The position numbers and the translations under genes were made by a program. The notes beneath the pieces were generated by a model. It was not told where the DNA came from. It saw only the letters and a program-made list of their open reading frames with translations, and did not search any database. Below are positions 1 through 11,482 of a stretch of DNA of 64,000 nucleotides, piece by piece (position 1 is the stretch's first letter; every line of letters begins with the position of its first letter). This DNA comes from Octopus vulgaris (lineage: Eukaryota): positions 9,486,001-9,550,000 of the forward strand of contig OX597831.1 of NCBI GenBank assembly GCA_951406725.2. The letters are read 5' to 3'.

Positions 1-210
1 AGTCGGGGACAAGAAACAGGAAGAAAGAGTGAGAGAAAGTTGGGACGAAAGAGTACAACAGGGGTCGCCACCCCATCCCCCTGCCGGAGCCTCGTGGAGC
101 TTTAGGTGTTTTCGCTCAATAAACACACACAACGCCCGGTCTGGGAATCGAAACCGCGATCCTCCGACCGCGAGTCCGCTGCCCTAACCATTTGGCCATT
201 GCGCCTCCAC
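1..210 (-). mobile_element. tRNA-derived SINE (family C), 5' part, runs off the window start
   Basis: Reverse complement begins GTGGAGGCGCAATGGCCAAATGGTTAGGGCAGCGGAC...GGTTTCGATTCCC (A and B boxes); near-identical to the copy at 46899-47249. Confidence 0.85.
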
Positions 211-504
211 TTACGGTTGCTGCTTTTATTAATGTTGTTTCTTTTCTTGTTGATATTATCGTTCTTGCTGCTTTCCGCAATTGCAGAAGTCCAATTTTCT
301 GGACTTCCAGTTATGAACGCTTGCAAAATCTGTCCCTACACTTCCAAAAGAAGGATGAAAGGGGTGGCCCCTAGCAAGTGCTGCACCTCCATTTGCGAGT
401 TACATCTTTATTCATCGTTCAGATTGTTGATTGTGGAAAACAATAATACGTTTGAGAAAATTCGTGATTTTTCGAAACATGAATCCTAATACTCAAATGG
501 TGTC

Positions 505-640
505 CATTCTATCGAGGCCGAGATTGGGGAAAGCCAAAGTCGATCACGGTGGTATTTGAACTCAGGCTGTAAAGACAGACGAAACGTTACCAAGCAATGT
601 GGCCGGCGTTTCAACGATTGAACCAGCTCGCAGCCTTAAG
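505..640 (-). mobile_element. Degenerate Meta-domain SINE (family A) fragment
   Basis: AAAGTCGATCACGGTGGTATTTGAACTCAG...GACGAAA...CCAGCTCGCAGCCTT is the reverse complement of the family A head. Confidence 0.6.
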
Positions 641-989
641 CATCAGCTCAAATAATATTATTGTAAAGATTGCTTTGAGTTAATCGGTTGTCATCAAGTG
701 TTTATTTGTTGAGCTTCACACTTGAAATTCACATTTTAAATATTTAAGAAGATTGAAGATTTATTTTAAAACACTTCAGCATTTTTCCCTTCATCATTTT
801 TTATTTCGGTGCAAAAGAAACAAAAACAAGAAAGACAAAAAAAAAAGAAAAGAAGTCTGGTGGGTGGAATTACTGAAGGGTTAAAAATGCTGAACCATCA
901 AATTGTTTGATCTCAAAGATTATTAAAACAAAAAACATTGATTCAGGGACTTATGACATAACGGAGATTGTCTTTATGAAAATTTACGT

Positions 990-1021
990 ATTTATAATAT
1001 ATATATATATATATATTTATG

Positions 1022-1086
<65 letters not shown>

Positions 1087-1096
1087 GGATATATAT

Positions 1097-1136
<40 letters not shown>

Positions 1137-1215
1137 ATATAAGTATATGTAAGTATATATAAATATATATGTATGTATGTGAATATATGTGTGTTTGTGA
1201 GTGTGTGTGTGCGTA
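990..1215. repeat. (TA)n/(TG)n microsatellite block
   Basis: Direct inspection. Confidence 0.95.
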
Positions 1216-1389
1216 TACAGAGAAATTACGTAAGATAGTTAGGTACATAGAATCAATAGGTACTGTATGGATTATTGCTTCGATTTCTGTTTGGGGATTA
1301 AAACTTTTCTCTTATCCTTGTTTCCTTGCGGGCTAAAGTTAAGAATGGAGAGGATTAAATTTTTTTTATTGAATATCATCATCACAGCA

Positions 1390-1393
1390 CTAT

Positions 1394-1435
<42 letters not shown>

Positions 1436-1436
1436 A

Positions 1437-1483
<47 letters not shown>

Positions 1484-1485
1484 CA
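1390..1485. repeat. (CTA)n-(TTA)n compound microsatellite
   Basis: Direct inspection. Confidence 0.95.
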
Positions 1486-2134
1486 TGATTTTGGTTTTTG
1501 TGATAAAGATCAATACATACGTTTGCTAAATTACGAATATAAAGAAACCATAGGAAACCTGCTCGAGAATGCCCACCGCTAGAAAAGTTTCTTCACAACG
1601 ATATAATAAAAAATGACCGAATGGATGCTAACACGATGGCCGAAACTTTAGAAAATGTTCAAAGCGCTGAGTGACTAATGTCCGAACAACGTTTTAAAAT
1701 CATTGTGAGGATATTTTTAAGAATGTGGTTATCTCTATCATTACAGGTGAACTGTGAACGTCTTAACTCCATTCGTACCATTTAATTAAAGGAACATAAA
1801 CAGATATTCATGTTCGCCATATTGCTTTTATTTCGGCAGCCTGCGTGAAATAATTCTTTCGAGTAGCAGCTCTATTATACATCACTTTATAATAACCCCG
1901 TCTTCCTACGTCGATAGTTGGGACTCTATTATCATTGGTGTTATAAGCAATAATTATTCTGTACAAGCAAGTTGTCTGTCTTTATGACACTTTTACAAGA
2001 CAGATGACGATTTAAACGAATAGCTTAGCGCTTGCTCTTGAAGCAGAGAAAAGATGGGCAATAGCTGTCTGGAATTTTATTAATGGTAAGACTGCCAGCT
2101 TGCAGAATCGTTAGTAATTCAGACAAAATTCTTT

Positions 2135-2345
2135 AGACGGCAAGTTAGCGGCAATGTTAGCGTGCCGGATACAATGCTTAGCGGCATTGTGTCCGTCTTT
2201 ACGTTCGGAGTTCAAATGTTTCCGAGGGCGACTTCGCCTTTCCTCTATTCAGGGTCGATACAATAAGTAGTGACTAAACACTGGGGGAGCTCTAATCGAC
2301 TTATCCTCGAAATTGCTGGCCTTGTGCCAAAATTTCAAACCGTTA
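2135..2345 (+). mobile_element. Older family A SINE with the alternative tail (...GAAATTGCTGGCCTTGTGCCAAAATTTCAAACC)
   Basis: GTTAGCGTGCCGG...GAGTTCAAATG...GACTTCGCCTTTCCTCTATTCAGGGTCGATA..TAAGTA is a diverged version of the family A body. Confidence 0.7.
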
Positions 2346-2494
2346 TTATTTTCATGATCATCATCGTCATCATTACAATCATTAAAGGCAAACTAGCAGA
2401 ATTACTAGCAGCCCCAGGAAGCTGATTTATGCCATTTCTTGCAGCCGTTTACATTCTGGGTTCAAATTTCACCGAGGACGACTTTGACGTTTGT

Positions 2495-3165
2495 AAACTA
2501 AGTTTCCTCCAACAAGGTGAAACTGTTTTGGAAAGAATAGTTACACAAGTTCAGACCTGGGTATTCTACTTTAGGCCAGAAGCCAAAATGCAGAGTACGA
2601 AGTGGAAACACCCGGATTCTCTGGCGAAAAGTTCATTGAAGAGTCAAACTTCAGCCGAAAATGTGCTGCTAACTGTTGTTTCGGACACAAAACTGCGGAA
2701 TGAGTTTACAGTTACGAGTGTACTGTATAGTAAAATGTTGGTCAACAAACGGAAACCAGGCGATTTGTATGAAACGTCGATGTCTGTTGTAAAAGCAAGT
2801 GTTATTACAGCACGAAAATGCATGGCAACATACAGCGGAGAACACCACTGACACCAATGAAGAATCGGGTTTTGAAATGCTGGGTCACTCTACACATAGT
2901 CTCGATCGCGTCCCTTTCCACTGTCACCACGTTGGACCACTGAAACATCTTTTATAAGGTTGCCGATTTGCTACGGGCGAAGTACATAGGAAGCGGTGCA
3001 TAACTGGGTGTGCGACGACCCGAAAAACGTCTTTTCTGATGGAATAAGCAAACTTCTACACCGTTGAAGAAATTGCATCGAAATGGACGGGGACCACGAA
3101 GAAAGATGCTTTTGTTAAGGAAATTACACAAAGAAGAATGCGTATAATCTTTAATTTACACTCGT
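2495..3165 (+). pseudogene. Decayed mariner (Tc1/mariner) transposase fragment
   Basis: VLERIVTQVQTWVFYFRPEAKMQSTKWKHPDS..KSQTSAENVLLTV matches the mariner FLxRIVTGDETW...W...SAGKVMLTVFW block; the downstream HSTHSLDRVP..HHVGPLK is a decayed HPPYSPDLAPSD.HLFGPLK. Confidence 0.8.
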
Positions 3166-3244
3166 GTGCTTATACAAAAAGATATGTGTGTATATATATA
3201 TATATTCATATACATATATGTGTGTGTATGTATGTATGTACGTC

Positions 3245-3445
3245 TCAAGCCGTGTTATGTAAAGCTGTCTAGACCCGAATTACCATGCAACAAACTACTA
3301 GTAACTCGCGCGTATATTTATACTATCCGCATTAAGTGGAGCAACGTGAAATGAAATGTTTTGCGCAAGAACACAAGCGTCGCCATGAATCGAACTGACA
3401 ATCTTACGACCGTGAGCTAAGAACTCCAAACACTACGCCGCAGCG
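3245..3445 (-). mobile_element. Degenerate tRNA/CORE-like SINE head
   Basis: GTGGAGCAACGTGAAATGAAATGTTTTGCGCAAGAACACAA...GAATCGAAC...CACTACGCC; the same block is seen at 25230-25270. Confidence 0.6.
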
Positions 3446-3476
3446 GTAGTACGGATCGCGGTATTAAAATTGTTAA

Positions 3477-3898
3477 AAGGCGGCAAGCTGGCAGAATCGT
3501 TAGCACGCCGGGCGAAATGCTAAGCGGTATTTCGTCTGCCGTTACGTTCCGAGTTCAAATTCCGCTGAGGTCGACTTTGCTTTTCATTTTTTCGGGGTCG
3601 ATTAAATAAGTACCAGTTACGCACTGGGGTAAATATGATCGACTTAATCCGTTTGTCTGTCCTTGTTCGTCCACTCTGTGTTTAGCCCTTTGTGGGTAGT
3701 AAAGAAATAGGTATTTCGTCTGCCACTACGTTGTGAGTTCAAATTCCGCCGAGGTCGACTTTGCTTTTCATCCTTTCGGGGTCGATTAAATAAGTACCAG
3801 TTACACACTGTGGTGAGGTCGATATAATAGACTTAATCCGTGTGTCTGTCCTTGTTCGTCCCCTCTGTGTTTAACTCCTTGTGGGTAGTAAAAAAATA
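3477..3898 (+). mobile_element. Young Meta-domain SINE (family A), head plus two tandem body units, 15-bp TSD
   Basis: tRNA-like head (TGGCAGAATCG...GAGTTCAAATTCC); central GTCGACTTTGC.TTTCATCCTTTCGGGGTCGAT..AATAAGTACCAG resembles the MetaSINE domain; TSD GGTATTAAAATTGTT at 3460-3474 and 3899-3913. Confidence 0.9.
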
Positions 3899-4429
3899 GG
3901 TATTAAAATTGTTGAACGTGTGTAGAAACTTCAGAGTAGTTTTAAGTGTTAATACATATAGGAAGAATAACAGATACACCAGTATCAATAAGAACGGAAC
4001 TCATAAAAGAGAAGGAGAAGAAGAGAGCGAGTGAGCGAAAGAAAAAGAGAGAGAGAGAGAAAGCGAGTGATAGAGTGAATGAGGAAAAAGAGTAAAGATG
4101 CAAAGAATGAAAGTGGGTAAAGAATGATATTTTGTTCTCGACAAATGTTTTCAAAGAATAGAAGTACATGTTTTAGTATCGGAACAAATTAACTCCAGTT
4201 CATTGGTTACCCGTTCTGCAGATCGGCGCTTGGTGAAGCCTGTAGCGTTGCCGATTCCCATACGGTCAAAGAGTAGTAATATACTAGTGTTTGCAAAACA
4301 TAGATTAGCTTCTGTGACAAGTATCCTAAAAATATTCGCCCAAAATACACACGGAGACTTACGTACGTAGAGGAAGACGTAAAACATACTAGCGCACAAG
4401 CACAAACACATACGCACACGTACAGCAAT

Positions 4430-4559
<130 letters not shown>

Positions 4560-4648
4560 CAAAGCAAGATAGGGGTTATGGGTGTAACCCACTATATCCG
4601 TAAGTTCATAAACAAACCAAATTTGTTTCTCCATTTTCTTATTTGTAT

Positions 4649-4725
<77 letters not shown>

Positions 4726-4730
<5 letters not shown>

Positions 4731-4915
4731 AATAAATGAAAGAATGGAGTTTAACGACGAATTAACAAAATTCCTTTATTCTCGACATATGTTTCGAAGG
4801 CTGCATATTCCTAATTTCGAAGGAATAAGGGGTGCATTATGCCGCCTTCTCATCAGGAAAAACAAGGAACTTATGTTAATTCGTCGTTCAACTCCATTCT
4901 TTCATTTATTTGTAT
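4726..4915. repeat. Foldback with ~50-bp inverted arms (4726-4776 / 4864-4915), probably Penelope-like element derived
   Basis: ATACAAATAAATGAAAGAATGGAGTTTAACGACGAATTAACAAAATTCCTT versus AAGGAACTTATGTTAATTCGTCGTTCAACTCCATTCTTTCATTTATTTGTAT; it encloses a hammerhead core. Confidence 0.85.
4771..4869 (-). ncRNA. Type I hammerhead ribozyme (minimal palindromic stem III)
   Basis: Minus strand: TTCCTTGTTTTTC-CTGATGA-GAAGGC...GCCTTC-GAAAC-ATAT-GTC-GAGAATAAAGGAA. All core nucleotides are present, stem II has 6 bp plus an extension, and stem I pairs with a 2x2 internal loop. Predicted cleavage between 4784 and 4783. Confidence 0.8.
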
Positions 4916-5334
4916 TAAAAAAACACACAAATTTCCACACGAAAGCACGTGATCTCTGCCCTTGGCATGTAGCTTCAACCGTTTTTCTGACGTTAATTTC
5001 CTACCCAGGTATCGGTTAACCGAATTATCCATACTAAGATAATTCATTCAACTACTCTTATATATATATATATTCATATACACACGCACGTAATTATATA
5101 CATACACACCTGCGTTTTCCAATCAATAGAAATTGGACGTCTCCCGCGTAAACTAAACATATAGAGAATTAATTTTACAGACGCAAAACATTTTTACCGT
5201 TCAACACGAGCAATTCGTACACAATGACCGTTGCCCGTTACCGCCAGCTGATACTAGACCAGTTGATTGCATCGTAGTAATGGGCAGTTTACACGACCTC
5301 TATTATTATTATTATTATTATCTTTTTTTTTTCT

Positions 5335-5400
5335 TCTTTCAAATTTGCTTCCATTTCTTGCCGAGTGTCTTCCCGACTCCTAGGGCAGAGAAACTCATAG
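5335..5400 (-). mobile_element. Short 5'-truncated LINE-type 3' end embedded in (TAA)n
   Basis: Minus strand GCCCTAGGAGTCGGGAAGACACTCGGCAAGAAATGGAAGCAAATTTGAAAGAAGAAAA then (TAA)n; related copy at 6180-6240. Confidence 0.55.
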
Positions 5401-5405
5401 TATAC

Positions 5406-5466
<61 letters not shown>

Positions 5467-5495
5467 TTAATTTTTTAATTTTTTATTATTATTAT

Positions 5496-5982
5496 TGAGT
5501 GAGAGGGCTGTGCATGCCATCAAAATGACACTGGGGTAAAATATACGAAGCCTAGTATACCCATCATTACTACCCGTCTGATAAGGGTTCACTAGGCACA
5601 AGCATCACAACCATATGTGCGCGACATGGTGATCTCATATCAAGTTAAACAGCGCATGACCTTGTGAGTGGGGTTCAGACTTTCCTTCAGGTCGAGTACC
5701 CCAACCGCTCAAATGGTTTCCAAATAAGGGTTGTTTAAGGGTATTGAGCCAAACACTCATGCTTGCAGAGTTTTGTTATTCAAGCCCCAAAGAATTCTTC
5801 TCGATACATATATATGATGATTCCCTACTACCTCTGCTCAACTGGTTATGGTCAAACAATTGACAAGCAAATTTGTGGTATTGAGTAGAAAATTGGCTGT
5901 AACCCATCTTTTATATCAAGGCAAACATTTACATAACACAATCAGCCAGTTAAGATCAAAGGCCATGAGAGTCAGTGCCTTG
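5496..5982 (-). mobile_element. (TAA)n-embedded non-coding interspersed element (family T), internally deleted copy
   Basis: Colinear with 23240-23797; flanked by (TTA)n on both sides. Strand inferred from the (TAA)n tail. Confidence 0.8.
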
Positions 5983-6042
5983 TATTATTATTATTGTTAT
6001 TATTATTATTATTTTCATTATTATTATTATTATTATTATTAA

Positions 6043-6135
<93 letters not shown>

Positions 6136-6175
6136 CATTATCATCATCATCCTCATCATCATTATTATTTTCATT
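5983..6175. repeat. (TTA)n/(TCA)n microsatellite
   Basis: Direct inspection. Confidence 0.95.
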
Positions 6176-6179
6176 AGCA

Positions 6180-6240
6180 TCTTTCAGTTCTGTTTCTATT
6201 TTTTGCCGAGTGTCTTCCTGACACCTAGGGTATAGAAAAG
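6180..6240 (-). mobile_element. Second short LINE-type 3' end next to (TAA)n
   Basis: TTGCCGAGTGTCTTCCTGACACCTAGGG matches 5358-5385. Confidence 0.55.
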
Positions 6241-6558
6241 TACTGTATACATTGGTAGGCCATTAAAACAAGTACACCAGATTTTTCATTTACATAGTCA
6301 TAGAGAAAAGAGGAAGACAGAGAGAAAAAGGAAAAATATATATAATAGAAAAGTAAACAAATAAAATAAAGGTGGCGGACCAGTTAAGACAATCTTTTGC
6401 ACTTCCTGCATGGATGGAAAGTTAAGGATCATGCTTAAATAATTTTCATTTCCTTTCTTCATCATTCCAACTGCTCCAAAAATCAGGTGCATTTGGGGGA
6501 AATTTCGAACTTAGGTTCTCATTTCTAAGGTATTTTTCGATGTTGTCGTTGTTTTCTT

Positions 6559-6595
<37 letters not shown>

Positions 6596-6653
6596 TTGTT
6601 GTTGTTGTTGTTATTATTATTATTATTATTATTGTTATTATTATTATTATTAT

Positions 6654-6730
6654 TCAGGTCACATCCTGGAACGGACCTCGGAATCTTGGGGTCAGTAACC
6701 CGCGCTCTTGACCACTACGCCATATGCCCG
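6654..6730 (-). mobile_element. tRNA-like mini-SINE or tRNA pseudogene with (TAA)n tail
   Basis: Minus strand CGGGCATATGGCGTAGTGGTCAAGAGCGCGGGTTACTGACCCCAAGATTCCGAGGTCCGTTCCAGGATGTGACCTG then (AAT)n; A box good, B box decayed. Confidence 0.55.
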
Positions 6731-7329
6731 TAGAACTGTATTATCCTTCATCTCAGTTGTTCACGTTTCGGAATTCTGGTGGAATAAAACGAAATAACAA
6801 TTGATTCTGATAGGGCCCTACGGTTGAGATGTTTGTGGACCCTACACCCATATCCCGTCTAGGAATATATGGGCACAGAAGATGATTGGATGACGTGGCA
6901 TAAGTCTCGAAATATACGCTCATAACTGCAGACAAAATAGCAGAGAAAAAAAAAATGGTTGATTTATAATGAAATATAAAAACGCAAGATAGCTAAATAC
7001 ATTAGAAATTATATGCTTTATCTCCGGATGCAATATCGAAGATAACAATATAATACAGACGATTAGCTATGAATATAATAGTATGTTATTGGAAACTGTC
7101 AAACTGAATATATAATGCGTGAAAGCTTGCTTAGAACCGTCACTACTACTACCATCATTATCCGAGAAATACGCATGCGCACAAATATAGTCACAAATAT
7201 AAAAACCTACATAAAGAAATAAACAACAACGATATCTGAATGTCTATAATGATCACTAATAATGTTCCTGAAAATGTTTCAGGCAAGCTATTACGAAATT
7301 ATGGTTGTATGTACGTATATGTGTAATGA

Positions 7330-7595
7330 AGGTGCCTGCGTTAGCGGTTAGAGTACTCGGATGACAATCATAAGAGTCTGAGTTCGATTCCTGGCGACGC
7401 GCTGAGTTGCTGTGCCACACATTTTATTTCACGTTGTTCCAGTTCTGTCGGCTGGCAAAAATGAGTTTTACTTATATTTCAAAGGGGCCAACTCAGTCGC
7501 ATTCTGTGTCAGGCTGAAACACACTGAAAACTATGTTCAGAGTATGCATGCATGTGGAGTACTCAGCCACTTGCGCGTTAATTTCACGAGTTGTA
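7330..7595 (+). mobile_element. Degenerate tRNA/CORE-like SINE (family D)
   Basis: Head GGTTAGAG...GAGTTCGATTCC, then TTTATTTCACGTTG.TCCAG...GGCAAAAATGAG; colinear with 29735-30048. Confidence 0.65.
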
Positions 7596-7829
7596 TGTTC
7601 ATTGTCCTTACTGATAATGGTTTTAAAAACTGGTGCTCATCATTCATTTCGCAGTAGGGCTAAATTTCGGGCACACAAAATGAATACTGGTTCAAAAGTG
7701 TTAGTGTAGGACAGAAAAATAACCCCAAGCACCATACCCATGCACAAACTATAAGCACTTTTTCATATATATTATATAGACATATATTTATATATATATA
7801 TGTGTGTGTGTGTGTATAGCTTAGTTTTA

Positions 7830-8015
7830 ATATCACCTTGATCATCTTGACCGACCAGTCCGTCGGGAGTTCATTTGACACCACTGGTCACAACACGCTG
7901 TCCACTCCGCCTTGGATCGCGCCTTTCTCATCCACGTGATCCCAATCGTCCTCCTGAAATCGTAACTCCACCGTCGTGGAGGCCTTCCGGGTGGTCGTTT
8001 TCGCTCGCACGGAAA
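7830..8015 (-). mobile_element. RTE-clade LINE 3' end (5'-truncated)
   Basis: FPCERKRPPGRPPRRWSYDFRRTIGITWMRKARSKAEW is the RTE ORF C-terminal KRxxGRPxxRW...W...A..R..W motif; short tandem tail CAAGATGATCAAGGTGAT. Confidence 0.8.
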
Positions 8016-8152
8016 CAGCACAAAGAACAAAGAGAAATGTTTTAATATAATTTGTTTATTTGTTTCTCCTAACATCTGTGTGGTCATGTTTACAACAACA
8101 ACAGCTACAACACGTTCAGCAACTCTAACTAATAACTATTGTATACAAACTA

Positions 8153-8577
8153 GGCGCAGGAGTGGCTGTGTGGTAAGTAGCTTTCTTACCAACCACATGG
8201 TTCCGGGTTCAGTCCCATTGCGTGGCATCTTGGGCAAGTGTTTTCTGCTATAGCCTTGGGCCGACCAATGCTTTGTGAGTGGATTTTGTAGACGGAAACT
8301 GAAAGAAGCCTGTCGTATATATGTATATATATATATATGTATGTGTGTGTATATGTTTGTGTGTCTGTGTTTCTCCCCCTACCATCGCTTGACAACCGAT
8401 GCTGGTGTGTTTACGTCCCCGTCACTTAGCGATTCGGCAAAAAGAGACCGATAGAATAAGTACTGGGCTTACAAAGAATCCCGTCCCGGGGTCGATTTGC
8501 TCGACTAAAGGTGGTGCTCAAGCATGGCCTCAGTCAAATGACTGAAACACGTAAAAGAGTAAAAGAGTAAAGAGTAA
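8153..8577 (+). mobile_element. Full-length tRNA-derived SINE (family B) with internal (TA/TG)n and (GTAAAAGA)n tail
   Basis: GGCGCAGGAGTGGCTGTGTGGTAAG...GGTTCAGTCCC; more than ten related copies in the window. Confidence 0.9.
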
Positions 8578-8879
8578 ACTGTTTAAAAGTTGCTGAAGAA
8601 AAAACAGAACACATTCGCAGCAGAGGAAACGAAATTAGTAATTATAGACAAGTGACAATTCACATCTATCTATCACAAACAAGAAAATTGCTTCACCCTA
8701 CCAGCAAAAATGAAAACATTAAGGCATTAAATAAAAAGGATATATTTCTCGTCTTCTCATAAATATTTCTGTCGATAAAACGGTGAAGTAATAACTTGTA
8801 ATTGTGACAGACCAAAATTTGTCTTCGTGACCTTCGTCGTCATGTTTATTATATAGGTGTATCCATTTAGGCATTCCTA

Positions 8880-8899
8880 GATACATACATGTATGTATG

Positions 8900-8956
<57 letters not shown>

Positions 8957-9104
8957 TTGTTGTGCAAGATTTATATGTGTATATATATATACATATATAT
9001 ATATATTCATATATATATAAATATATACATATATATATATTTATATATATATGAATATATGTATATGTATATATATATCTATATATGCATATATATGTAT
9101 ATAA

Positions 9105-9140
<36 letters not shown>

Positions 9141-9150
9141 CTGTGTGTTT
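8880..9150. repeat. Degenerate (TA)n block
   Basis: Direct inspection. Confidence 0.95.
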
Positions 9151-9159
9151 TCTTTTTTT

Positions 9160-9500
9160 CTTTTATTTGTTTCAGTCATTTGGCTGAGGCTAATCGACCC
9201 CAGGGCTTATTCTTTGTAAGCCTTGCGATTATTGTATCGGTCTCTTTTTGCCGAACCGTTACGGTACAGGGACGTAAACTCACCAACATCGGTTGTCAAG
9301 CGATGATGGATGGACAAACACAGACACACAGACACACATACATAAATGTATATATACGACGAGCTTCTTTCAGTTTCCGTCTACCAGCGTTTGTTCTGCC
9401 CGAGGCCATAGCAGAACACACTTGCCCAAGTTACCACGCAGTGGGACTGAACCTGGAACCATGCAATTGGGAAGCAAGCCTCTTACCACATAGCCACTCA
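9160..9500 (-). mobile_element. Family B SINE, diverged
   Basis: Reverse complement aligns by eye to 8153-8577. Confidence 0.85.
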
Positions 9501-9698
9501 TATATATATGTATGATTGTATGGATATATAATTTATGATTTAGCTTCACTGGGAGTAGAATATTTGCAGAGTCCATTAAGGAAAAAAACTTGATCAGAAA
9601 ATGAAGATAGCAACCTCCATTTAAATCCCTCATCCTACGCACGTGCTCGCATAACATAAGCACACACGCACGTGCCTGAGTGTGTGAGTGTGCATATA

Positions 9699-9936
9699 GG
9701 GGCGCATGGCTCAGCAGTTAGGGTGCTTCACTCATGATTTTAAGATCGCGTTTTCGATTCGGGGACTGGGTAATGCATTGTGTTCTACTGCAAAATAGTT
9801 TTTTTTTTTTCATTGGCTCCAGTCTACTCAACCGGCGAAGATGAGGAATTCTGCGACGGACAGTATATTCCTCGCTCATCTTGGGGAATATCTATGGCAC
9901 AGAATCGAGGAAACTGGCCTTATGAGCCAATGGCTG
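9699..9936 (+). mobile_element. Degenerate tRNA-derived SINE (family E)
   Basis: GGGGCGCATGGCTCAGCAGTTAGGG...TTTCGATTC head; 3' part CTGCGACGGAC...GAAACTGGCCTTATGAGCC. Confidence 0.55.
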
Positions 9937-9980
9937 TTTTGATCATTTTCCTACACACAGACACGCACACATAGTCACAT

Positions 9981-10016
<36 letters not shown>

Positions 10017-10056
10017 TCCTAAAATACAAAAATTATTTTATGATATCGATCGGATT

Positions 10057-10283
10057 ACTCTCTTTTACTCTTTTACTTGTTTCAGTCATTTGACTGCGGC
10101 CATGTTGGAGCACCGCCTTTAGTCGAGCAAATCGACCCCGGGACTTATTCTTTGTAAGCCCAGTATTTACTCTATTGGTCTCTTTTGCCGAATCGCAAAG
10201 TGACGGGGACGTAAACACACCAGCATCGGTTGTCAAGCAATGCAAGGGGGACAAACACAGACACACAAACATATACACACACA

Positions 10284-10323
<40 letters not shown>

Positions 10324-10488
10324 TACGACGGGCTTCTTTCAGTTTCCGTCTACCAAATCCACTCACAAGGCATTGGTCGGCCCGGGGCTATAGCAAAAGA
10401 CACTTGCCCAAGATGCCACGCAGTCGGACTGAACCCGGAACCATGTGGTTGGTTAGCAAGATACTTACCATACAGCCACTCCTGCGCC
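10057..10488 (-). mobile_element. Family B SINE, full length, young
   Basis: Near-identical to the reverse complement of 8153-8577. Confidence 0.9.
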
Positions 10489-11010
10489 TATGGTATGGAT
10501 ATGCAATGAGCGGAAGACAATATTTCTCCTATTCTTATAGCTATATTTAACAATAAAATACAAGTAACAAAGAGAGACACGAAGGAAGGAAATATTAAAG
10601 GAACTTGGTGCGCCGTCTCCTGAAAATCCGGTAGGAATGGACTTACTTCACATGCATGAAATCTTAGAAGAGCGAAGCATACAGTAGCCGCATAGCGATC
10701 ATATACCATGCTTACATGCCAGACATTGATTCCAGTTTGAACACTGAGATTTCCTGAATTATTCCACATCAATTATTTCTTCATAAAAACAAGATTATCG
10801 AAAGAGGTATATGATGCTTAAGTTATGTGCAGAAATTGCACGACAAGAAAAAAATATAGGTGCCGTATGAAACGGAAGGTATCCATTGAAGTCATAAATC
10901 AAAATAGATCGCTGCAATTTCCATGTTAATGGCATTATGTGAAAAAAGACAGAATGCAAATAATTTGGAATTGGCCTACATCTATATGCAAATGCATGTA
11001 AAAGTCTACA

Positions 11011-11068
<58 letters not shown>

Positions 11069-11236
11069 TGTAGGTATATAACAACAGGTAAAATGGATCA
11101 ATAAATCCAGGTAGATATCTAGAAAGCACTTAGGAATAAGTGAACTTGGTTAAATACATCAGACACCAATAAATGCAAATAGAATTAACATCACCATTGT
11201 TGTGATTTTCTTTATTCTTGTTCCTGTTCATGTTGT

Positions 11237-11286
<50 letters not shown>

Positions 11287-11319
11287 GATAATAAATATGT
11301 GTGTGTGTGTACACACATA

Positions 11320-11482
11320 GGCGCAGGAGTGGCTGTGTGGTAAGTAGCTTGCGAACCAACCACATGGTTCAGGGTTCAGTCCCACTGCGTGGCATCTTGG
11401 GCAAGTGTCTTTTGCTATAGCCCCGGGCCAACCAATGCCTTGTGAGTGGATTTGATAGACGGAAACTGAAAGAATCCTGTCG
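11320..11482 (+). mobile_element. Family B SINE, 5' half
   Basis: GGCGCAGGAGTGGCTGTGTGG...GGAAACTGAAAGAA, ending at the internal microsatellite position. Confidence 0.85.

Noticed and set aside
8153-8230. tRNA-like heads here and at 135-210, 3477, 46899, 49480
   Set aside because: Each continues into a multi-copy SINE body and lacks a proper acceptor stem; not tRNA genes.
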